Positions 54,901 through 64,000 of a stretch of DNA of 64,000 nucleotides are shown piece by piece (positions within the stretch are counted from its first letter, which is position 1; each line of letters begins with the position of its first letter). A program made the translations under genes and the position numbers. This DNA is from the human T2T-CHM13v2.0 reference genome, Homo sapiens, in the NCBI RefSeq assembly GCF_009914755.1, contig NC_060946.1. The stretch is one strand, 5' to 3'. A model generated the notes under the pieces. The model searched no databases, was not told the DNA's origin, and saw only the letters and a list, made by a program, of their open reading frames with translations.

Positions 54901-57530
54901 AGACCACCATTTCCATACTTCTCAATCAAAAGAAAGGTTAAATTCTGTGAGGTTAATGCACACATCAGAATGAAGTTTCTCAGAATTCTCCTGTCTAGTT
55001 TTCACGTGAAGATATTTACTATTTCACTATAGGCTTCAAATGTCTCAAAAATATCCCTTTGCAGATTCTACAAAAATATGCTTTCCAAAGTGCTGAATTA
55101 AAAGAAACCTTCAACTCTGTCAGATGAATGGAGACATCACGAAGAAGTTCCTCAGAATGCATCTGTCTAGTTTAAATGTGAAGACATTTCTTTTTCACCA
55201 TAGACCTCAAAGGGCTCAGAGTTAGACCTTTGCAGATTGCAGAGAAAGACTGTCTCTAAACTGCTCAAATAAAATAAAGTTTCAACACGGCGAGATGAAC
55301 GCACACATCACAAAGAAGTTCCTCAGAAGGCTTCTGTCTGGTTTTAATGTGAAGATATTTCCTTTTTCACCATAGGCCTTACACCGCTCACGAATATCCT
55401 TCTGCAGATACTATAAAAAGACTGTTTCCAAACTGCTCCATCAAAAGAAAATTTCACCTATCTGAGATGAATGCACACATCATACAGAAGTTCCTCAGAA
55501 TTCTGTCTAGTTTTTATGTGAAGATGTTTCCATTTTCACCTTAGGCCACAAAGCGCCCCAAACATCTGTTTGCAGATGATACGAAAAGACTGTTTCCAAA
55601 CTGCTCAATCAAGAGAAATTTTCAACTCTGTGAGATGAAAGCACACATCACAAAAAAGTTTCTCAGAAATCTTCTGTCTCGCTTTTATCTCAAGATGATT
55701 CCTATTTTGCCATAGGAATCAAGGGGCTCACATATATCCCTTTGCAGATTCTACAAATGTTCTCCTTACAAACTTCTCAATCAAGAGAAACGTTCAACAT
55801 TGTGAGATGAATGAACACATCCCAAAGACGTTTCTCAGGTTGCTTCTGTCTGGTTGCTATGTGAAGATGTTTCCTTTTTCACCATAGTCTTTAAGCCCCT
55901 CAAAAATATCTGTCTGCAGACTCTACCAAAAGACTGTTTCCAAACTGGCCCATATAGCATGTTTCAACTATGTGAAATGAATGCACTCATCAAAAAGAAG
56001 TTTCTCAGGATTCTCCTGTCTAGTTTTTATGTGAAGATATTTCCTTTTTCACCGTAGGCCACAAATTGCTCCAAATATCCATTTGCAGATTCTACAAAAA
56101 GAATGTTCCCAAACTGGTCAATCAAAAGAAAGGCGCAACTCTGTGAGACGAAAGCACACATCACAAAGAAGTTTCTCGGAAAGCCTCTGTCTGCATTTTA
56201 TGTGAAGGTATTTCCTTTGGCACCATAGGCCTTAAACCGCTCGCAAATATAACTCCACTTATACTACCAAGAGACTTTCTCCAAATTGCTAAATCAAAAG
56301 AAAGTTTCAACTCTGTGAGATGAATACACACATCAAAAAGAAGTTTCTCAAAATGCTTCTGTCTAGTTTTCATGGGAAGATATATATTTTTCACCGTTGG
56401 CCCCAAACCGCTCAGAAATATCCCTTTGCAGTTTGTAGAAAAAGACTGCTTCCAAACTGCTCAATGAAAGGAAATGGTCAACTATTAGAGATGAATGGAA
56501 ATGTCACAAAGAGTTTTCTCAAAAAGCTACTGTGTCGTTTTTATGTGAAGACATTGCCTTTGGCACCCTAGGCCTTAAAACTCTCTAAATACACATTCAC
56601 AGATTCTACAAAAAGACTGATTCCAAACTGCTCAATCAGAAGAAGGGTTCAATTCCGTGTGACAAACGTGCACATCACCAAGGAATTTGTCAGAAAGCTT
56701 CTGTCTACTTTTTATGTGAAGATATTTCATATTTCAACAAAGGCCATAAAGGGCTCACAAATATCCCTTCGCAGATTCTAAGAAAAGACGTTTTCCAAAC
56801 TCCTCAATCAAAAGAAAGGTTTAACTCTGTGTGATGAATGGACACATCATGAAGAAGTTTCTCAGAAAGCTTCTGTCTAGTTTTTCTGTGAAGATATTTC
56901 TTTTTCACCATAGGCCTCAAGCAGCTAAGAAATTTCCCTCTGCAGCTTCTACCAAAGACTGTTTCCAAACTGCTCACCTGAAAGAAAGGTTGAATTCTGT
57001 GACATGAATTCACACATCACAAAGAGGTTTTTCAGAAATCTTCTGTCTGGTTTTTAGGTGACGATACTTCCTTTTTCAGCACGGGACTCAAATATCTCCA
57101 AATATCCATTTGCAGATTCTACAGAGAGACTTTCCAAACTGCTCAATCAAAAGAAAGGTTCAACACTGTGAGATGAAGGCACACATCACCAAGAAGTTTC
57201 TCAGAAACCTTCTGTCTAGTTTTTAGGTGAAGATACTTCGTATTTCACCACAGGCCATAAAGGGCTCACAAATATCCCTTTGCAGGTTCTACAAAAAGAC
57301 TGTTTCCAAACTGCTCAATCAAAGGAGAGGTTCAACTCTGTGACGTGAATGGACACATCAGAAAAAATTTCTTGGAATGCTTCCGTCTAGTTTTTATGGG
57401 AAGATATTTCTCTTTCACCATAAGCCTCAAACGGATCAGAATTCTCCCTTTGCAGATTGTACGATAAGCCTCTTTCCAATCTGCTCAATCAAAAGAAAGT
57501 TTCCACTCGGTGAGGTGAATGCACACATCG
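12935..57530 (-). repeat. Central homogeneous HOR haplotype block (end of copy 4 to most of copy 17)
   Basis: Shared alleles: ttttcaCgtg (13905 to 55005), cacggCgag (14191 to 55291), ctgtgTgatg (15735 to 56832), catcaTgaag (15753 to 56850) and gtgtttTact (13669 to 54769). The ORF track agrees: the 100-aa ...FNSV and ...LHDVSIHHTEL variants occur only here. Confidence 0.85.
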
Positions 57531-58223
57531 CAAGGGAGTTTCTCAGAAAGCTTCTGTTTAGTTTTTACGTGAAGATATTTCGTTTTTCACCACGGGCCTC
57601 AAAAGCTCTCCAAATATCCATTTGCAGATTCTAGAAAAAGAGTGTTTCCAAACTCCTCAATCAAAGGATAGTTTCAATTCTGTGAGATGAAAGCACACAT
57701 CACAACGAAGTTTCTTAGAAAGCTTCTGTGTAGTTTTTATGTGAAGATACTTCACATTGCATCACAGTACTCAATGGGCTCAGAAATATCCCCTTGCAGA
57801 TCCCACAAAAGGACTGTTTCAAAACTGCTCAATCCAAAGAAAGTTTCAACTATGTGAGATGAATGCGCACGTCACGAAGACGTTCCTCAGAATGCTTCTG
57901 TCTTGTTTACATGTGAAGAAGATTCCTATTTCACCATAGGCAATAAAGGGCTCACAAATATTTTTTGCAGATTCTCCAAAAAGACTGTATCCAAACTGCT
58001 CAATAAAAAGAAAGTTTTAACTCTGTTACATTAATGGACACATCAACAAGTAGTTTCTCAGAAAACTTCTGTGTACTTTTTATGTGAAGATACTTCCTTT
58101 GTCACCATTGGCCTCAAAGCACTCCTAATATCCATTTACAGATGTCACAGAAAGAGTGTTTCCAAACTGCTCAATCAAAAGAAAGTGTTTAACTCTGTGA
58201 GGTGAAAGCACACATCTCAAAGA
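54802..58223 (-). repeat. HOR copy 17 with a 3-bp deletion (3422 bp)
   Basis: cagaattctgtctag near 55497-55510 replaces cagaattcttctgtctag, a loss of one ttc unit. This explains the 3422-bp period. Confidence 0.93.
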
Positions 58224-61200
58224 AGTTTCTCCGAAAGCTTCGGTCTAGTTTTCATGTGATGATATTTCCAGTCTCACCATAGGCCTCAAAGGGCTAAGAA
58301 ATATCCCTTTCCAGATTCTAAAAGACCACCATTTCAATACTTCTCAATCAAAAGAAAGGTTAAATTCTGTGAGGTTAATGCACACATCAGAATGAAGTTT
58401 CTCAGAATTCTCCTGTCTAGTTTTCATGGGAAGATATTTACTATTTCACTATAGGCTTCAAATGTCTCAAAAATATCCCTTTGGAGATTCTACAAAAATA
58501 TGCTTTCCAAAGTGCTGAATTAAAAGAAACCTTCAACTCTGTCAGATGAATGGAGACATCACAAAGAAGTTCCTCAGAATGCTTCTGTCTAGTTGAAATG
58601 TGAAGACATTTCTTTTTCACCATAGACCTCAAAGGGCTCAGAGTTAGACCTTTGCAGATTGCAGAGAAAGACTGTCTCTAAACTGCTCAAATAAAATAAA
58701 GTTTCAACACGGTGAGATGAACGCACACATCACAAAGAAGTTCCTCAGAAGGCTTCTGTCTGGTTTTAATGTGAAGATATTTCCTTTTTCACCATAGGCC
58801 TTACACCGCTCACGAATATCCTTCTGCAGATACTACAAAAAGACTGTTTCCAAACTGCTCCATCAAAAGAAAATTTCACCTATCTGAGATGAATGCACAC
58901 ATCATACAGAAGTTCCTCAGAATTCTTCTGTCTAGTTTTTATGTGAAGATGTTTCCATTTTCACCTTAGGCCACAAAGCGCCCCAAACATCCGTTTGCAG
59001 ATGATACGAAAAGACTGTTTCCAAACTGCTCAATCAAGAGAAATTTTCAACTCTGTGAGATGAAAGCACACATCACAAAAAAGTTTCTCAGAAATCTTCT
59101 GTCTCGCTTTTATCTCAAGATGATTCCTATTTTGCCATAGGAATCAAGGGGCTCACATATACCCCTTTGCAGATTCTACAAATGTTCTCCTTACAAACTT
59201 CTCAATCAAGAGAAACGTTCAACATTGTGAGATGAATGAACACATCCCGAAGACGTTTCTCACGTTGCTTCTGTCTGGTTGCTATGTGAAGATGTTTCCT
59301 TTTTCACCATAGTCTTTAAGCCCCTCAAAAATATCTGTCTGCAGACTCTACCAAAAGACTGTTTCCAAACTGGCCCATATAGCATGTTTCAACTATGTGA
59401 AATGAATGCACTCATCAAAAAGAAGTTTCTCAGGATTCTCCTGTCTAGTTTTTATGTGAAGATATTTCCTTTTTCACCGTAGGCCACAAATTGCTCCAAA
59501 TATCCATTTGCAGATTCTACAAAAAGAATGTTCCCAAACTGGTCAATCAAAAGAAAGGCGCAACTCTGTGAGACGAAAGCACACATCACAAAGAATTTTC
59601 TCGGAAAGCCTCTGTCTGCATTTTATGTGAAGGTATTTCCTTTGGCACCATAGGCCTTAAACCGCTCGCAAATATAACTCCACTTATACTACCAAGAGAC
59701 TTTCTCCAAATTGCTAAATCTAAAGAAAGGTTCAACACTGTGAGATGAATACACACATCAAAAAGAAGTTTCTCAAAATGCTTCTGTCTAGTTTTCATGG
59801 GAAGATATTTATTTTTCACCGTTGGCCCCAAACCGCTCAGAAATATCCCTTTGCAGTTTGTAGAAAAAGACTGCTTCCAAACTGCTCAATGAAAGGAAAT
59901 GGTCAACTATTAGAGATGAATGGAAATGTCACAAAGAGTTTTCTCAAAAAGCTACTGTGTCGTTTTTATGTGAAGACATTGCCTTTGGCACCCTAGGCCT
60001 TAAAACTCTCTATATACACATTCACAGATTCTACAAAAAGACTGATTCCAAACTGCTCAATCAGAAGAAGGGTTCAATTCCGTGTGACAAACGTGCACAT
60101 CACCAAGGAATTTGTCAGAAAGCTTCTGTCTACTTTTTATGTGAAGATATTTCATATTTCAACAAAGGCCATAAAGGGCTCACAAATATCCCTTCGCAGA
60201 TTCTAAGAAAAGACGTTTTCCAAACTCCTCAATCAAAAGAAAGGTTTAACTCTGTGAGATGAATGGACACATCACGAAGAAGTTTCTCAGAAAGCTTCTG
60301 TCTAGTTTTTCTGTGAAGATACTTCTTTTTCACCATAGGCCTCAAGCAGCTAAGAAATTTCCCTCTGCAGCTTCTACCAAAGACTGTTTCCAAACTGCTC
60401 AACTGAAAGAAAGGTTGAATTCTGTGACATGAATTCACACATCACAAAGAGGTTTTTCAGAAATCTTCTGTCTGGTTTTTAGTTGACGATACTTCCTTTT
60501 TCACCACGCGCCTCAAATATCTCCAAATATCCATTTGCAGATTCTACAGAGAGACTTTCCAAACTGCTCAATCAAAAGAAAGGTTCAACACTGTGAGATG
60601 AAGGCACACATCACCAAGAAGTTTCTCAGAAACCTTCTGTCTAGTTTTTAGGTGAAGATACTTCGTATTTCACCACAGGCCATAAAGGGCTCACAAATAT
60701 CCCTTTGCAGGTTCTACAAAAAGACTGTTTCCAAACTGCTCAATCAAAGGAGAGGTTCAACTCTGTGACGTGAATGGACACATCATAAAAAATTTCTTGG
60801 AATGCTTCCGTCTAGTTTTTATGGGAAGATATTTCTCTTTCACCATAAGCCTCAAACGGATCAGAATTCTCCCTTTGCAGATTGTACGATAAGCCTCTTT
60901 CCAATCTGCTCAATCAAAAGAAAGTTTCCACTCGGTGAGGTGAATGCACACAACGCAAGGGAGTTTCTCAGAAAGCTTCTGTTTAGTTTTTACGTGAAGA
61001 TATTTCGTTTTTCACCACTGGCCTCTAAAGATCTCCAAATATCCATTTGCAGATTCTAGAAAAAGAGTGTTTCCAAACTCCTCAATCAAAGGATAGTTTC
61101 AATTCTGTGAGATGAAAGCACACATCACAACGAAGTTTCTTAGAAAGCTTCTGTGTAGTTTTTATGTGAAGATACTTCACATTTCATCACAGTACTCAAT

Positions 61201-64000
61201 GGGCTCAGAAATATCCCCTTGCAGATCCCACAAAAGGACTGTTTCAAAACTGCTCAATCCAAAGAAAGTTTCAACTATGTGAGATGAATGCACACGTCAC
61301 GAAGACGTTCCTCAGAATGCTTCTGTCTTGTTTACATGTGAAGAAGATTCCTATTTCACCATAGGCAATAAAGGGCTCACAAATATTTTTTGCAGATTCT
61401 CCAAAAAGACTGTATCCAAACTGCTCAATAAAAAGAAAGTTTTAACTCTGTTACATTAATGGACACATCAACAAGTAGTTTCTCCGAAAACTTCTGTGTA
61501 CTTTTTATGTGAAGATACTTCCTTTGTCACCATTGGCCTCAAAGCACTCCTAATATCCATTTACAGATGTCACAGAAAGAGTGTTTCCAAACTGCTCAAT
61601 CAAAAGAAAGTGTTTAACTCTGTGAGGTGAAAGCACACATCTCAAAGAAGTTTCTCCGAAAGCTTCGGTCTAGTTTTCATGTGATGATATTTCCAGTCTC
61701 ACCATAGGCCTCAAAGGGCTAAGAAATATCCCTTTCCAGATTCTAAAAGACCACCATTTCCATACTTCTCAATCAAAAGAAAGGTTAAATTCTGTGAGGT
61801 TAATGCACACATCAGAATGAAGTTTCTCAGAATTCTCCTGTCTAGTTTTCATGTGAAGATATTTACTATTTCACTATAGGCTTCAAATGTCTCAAAAATA
61901 TCCCTTTGCAGATTCTACAAAAATATGCTTTCCAAAGTGCTGAATTAAAAGAAACCTTCAACTATGTCAGGTGAATGGAGACATCACGAAGAAGTTCCTC
62001 AGAATGCTTCTGTCTAGTTTAAATGTGAAGACATTTCTTTTTCACCATAGACCTCAAAGGGCTCAGAGTTAGACCTTTGCAGATTGCAGAGAAAGACTGT
62101 CTCTAAACTGCTCATATAAAATAAAGTTTCAACACGGTGAGATGAACGCACACATCACAAAGAAGTTCCTCAGAAGGCTTCTGTCTGGTTTTAATGTGAA
62201 GATATTTCCTTTTTCACCATAGGCCTTACACCGCTCACGAATATCCTTCTGCAGAAACTATAAAAAGACTGTTTCCAAACTGCTCCATCAAAAGAAAATT
62301 TCACCTATCTGAGATGAATGCACACATCATAAAGAAGTTCCTCAGAATTCTTCTGTCTAGTTTTTATGTGAAGATGTTTCCATTTTCACCTTAGGCCACA
62401 AAGCGCCCCAAACATCCGTTTGCAGATGATGCGAAGAGACTGTTTCCAAACTGCTCAATCAAGAGAAATTTTCAACTCTGTGAGATGAAAGCACACATCA
62501 CAAAAAAGTTTCTCAGAAATCTTCTGTCTCGCTTTTATCTCAAGATGATTCCTATTTTGCCATAGGAATCAAGGGGCTCACATATACCCCTTTGCAGATT
62601 CTACAAATGTTCTCCTTACAAACTTCTCAATCAAGAGAAACGTTCAACATTGTGAGATGAATGAACACATCCCAAAGACGTTTCTCAGGTTGCTTCTGTC
62701 TGGTTGCTATGTGAAGATGTTTCCTTTTTCACCATAGTCTTTAAGCCCCTCAAAAATATCTGTCTGCAGACTCTACCAAAAGACTGTTTCCAAACTGGCC
62801 CATATAGCATGTTTCAACTATGTGAAATGAATGCACTCATCAAAAAGAAGTTTCTCAGGATTCTCCTGTCTAGTTTTTATGTGAAGATATTTCCTTTTTC
62901 ACCGTAGGCCACAAATTGCTCCAAATATCCATTTGCAGATTCTACAAAAAGAATGTTCCCAAACTGGTCAATCAAAAGAAAGGTGCAACTCTGTGAGACG
63001 AAAGCACACATCACAAAGAAGTTTCTCGGAAAGCCTCTGTCTGCATTTTATGTGAAGGTATTTCCTTTGGCACCATAGGCCTTAAACCGCTCGCAAATAT
63101 AACTCCACTTATACTACCAAGAGACTTTCTCCAAATTGCTAAATCTAAAGAAAGGTTCAAATCTGTGAGATGAATACACACATCAAAAAGAAGTTTCTCA
63201 AAATGCTTCTGTCTAGTTTTCATGGGAAGATATTTATTTTTCACCGTTGGCCCCAAACCGCTCAGAAATATCCCTTTGCAGTTTGTAGAAAAAGACTGCT
63301 TCCAAACTGCTCAATGAAAGGAAATGGTCAACTATTAGAGATGAATGGAAATGTCACAAAGAGTTTTCTCAAAAAGCTACTGTGTCGTTTTTATATGAAG
63401 ACATTGCCTTTGGCACCCTAGGCCTTAAAACTCTCTCAGTACACATTCACAGATTCTACAAAAAGACTGATTCCAAACTGCTCAAACAGAAGAAGGGTTC
63501 AATTCCGTGTGACAAACGTGCACATCACCTAGGAATTTGTCAGAAAGCTTCTGTCTAATTTTTATGTGAAGATATTTCATATTTCAACAAAGGCCATAAA
63601 GGGCTCACAAATATCCCTTCGCAGATTCTAAGAAAAGACGTTTTCCAAACTCCTCAATCAAAAGAAAGGTTTAACTCTGTGAGATGAATGGACACATCAC
63701 GAAGAAGTTTCTCAGAAAGCTTCTGTCTAGTTTTTCTGTGAAGATATTTCTTTTTCACCATAGGCCTCAAGCAGCTAAGAAATTTCCCTCTGCAGCTTCT
63801 ACCAAAGACTGTTTCCAAACTGCTCAACTGAAAGAAAGGTTGAATTCTGTGACATGAATTCACACATCACAAAGAGGTTTTTCAGAAATCTTCTGTCTGG
63901 TTTTTAGGTGACGATACTTCCTTTTTCACCACGGACCTCAAATATCTCCAAATATCCATTTGCAGATTCTACAGAAAGACTTTCCAAACTGCTCAATCAA
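57804..64000 (-). repeat. Right flanking, more diverged HOR block (end of copy 17, copies 18-19)
   Basis: Flank alleles return: gtgtaCtttt (58076), gtgtttAact (58191), cacggTgag, ctgtgAgatgaatggacacatcaCg and cacaAcgcaagg (~60953). There are also many private substitutions. Confidence 0.8.

Larger units (their letters stand above)
1..64000 (-). repeat. Alpha-satellite (alphoid) tandem array, ~171-bp monomers, about 374 monomers, single orientation
   Basis: The + strand motif ...gaagatatttcctttttcaccataggcctcaaa...atatcc(a/c)tttgcagattctacaaaaagactgtttccaaactgctcaatcaaaagaaaggttcaactctgtgagatgaatgcacacatcacaaagaagtttctcagaa...cttctgtctagtttttatgt recurs every ~171 bp. It is the reverse complement of the known primate alpha-satellite consensus. 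It runs end to end with no non-alphoid sequence seen. Confidence 0.99.
1..64000 (-). repeat. 20-mer higher-order repeat, unit 3425 bp, 18 full copies plus a partial copy
   Basis: The anchor agtttctccgaaagcttcgg starts at 1, 3425, 6851, 10277, 13702, 17127, 20552, 23977, 27402, 30827, 34252, 37677, 41102, 44527, 47952, 51377, 54802, 58224 and 61649 (copies 1-19; the phase is arbitrary). The periods are 3424, 3426, 3426, 3425 x13, 3422, 3425. 3425/171 is about 20. The ORF track repeats with the same spacing. Confidence 0.98.

Noticed and set aside
58441-58632. Unique 63-aa minus-strand ORF
   Set aside because: It arises from a private substitution (agttGaaatg, ~58595) that removes a stop codon in copy 18.
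1056-63863. Recurrent 60-101 aa ORFs on both strands
   Set aside because: They are translations of alphoid monomers that recur at the HOR period. They overlap in conflicting frames, several start at non-ATG codons, and they appear or vanish through single substitutions. They show no recognisable domain.
1-64000. CRISPR-like or diversity-generating cassette array
   Set aside because: There are no unique spacers. Variable positions are spread through homologous 171-bp monomers and recur every 3425 bp. No cas, reverse transcriptase or recombinase genes are present.
1-64000. Transposon insertions, inversions or monomer-number variants of the HOR
   Set aside because: All periods are 3422-3426 bp and are fully explained by 1-3 bp indels. 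Orientation is constant, leaving no room for insertions or monomer gain or loss.

Overview
The whole 64 kb is primate (human or great-ape type) alpha-satellite DNA, read on the strand opposite the conventional alphoid orientation. It is one uninterrupted tandem array of ~171-bp monomers organised as a 20-monomer higher-order repeat (HOR) of 3425 bp, with 18 complete copies and a partial 19th. I see no genes, transposon insertions or inversions. All listed ORFs are chance reading frames that recur with the HOR period. I find no CENP-B boxes. The monomers carry A-type (pJ-alpha-like) boxes, as in the older SF4+ alphoid layers. The interesting signal is structural: (1) nested layering of HOR haplotypes, with a homogeneous core inside more diverged flanks that share alleles; (2) a hidden three-monomer periodicity inside the 20-mer; (3) fixed substitutions that preserve or perfect short dyad symmetries; (4) an apparent excess of C>A/G>T among recent variants. 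I find no evidence for a new protein-coding or RNA-guided system. All variant calls were read by eye and need confirmation by alignment.
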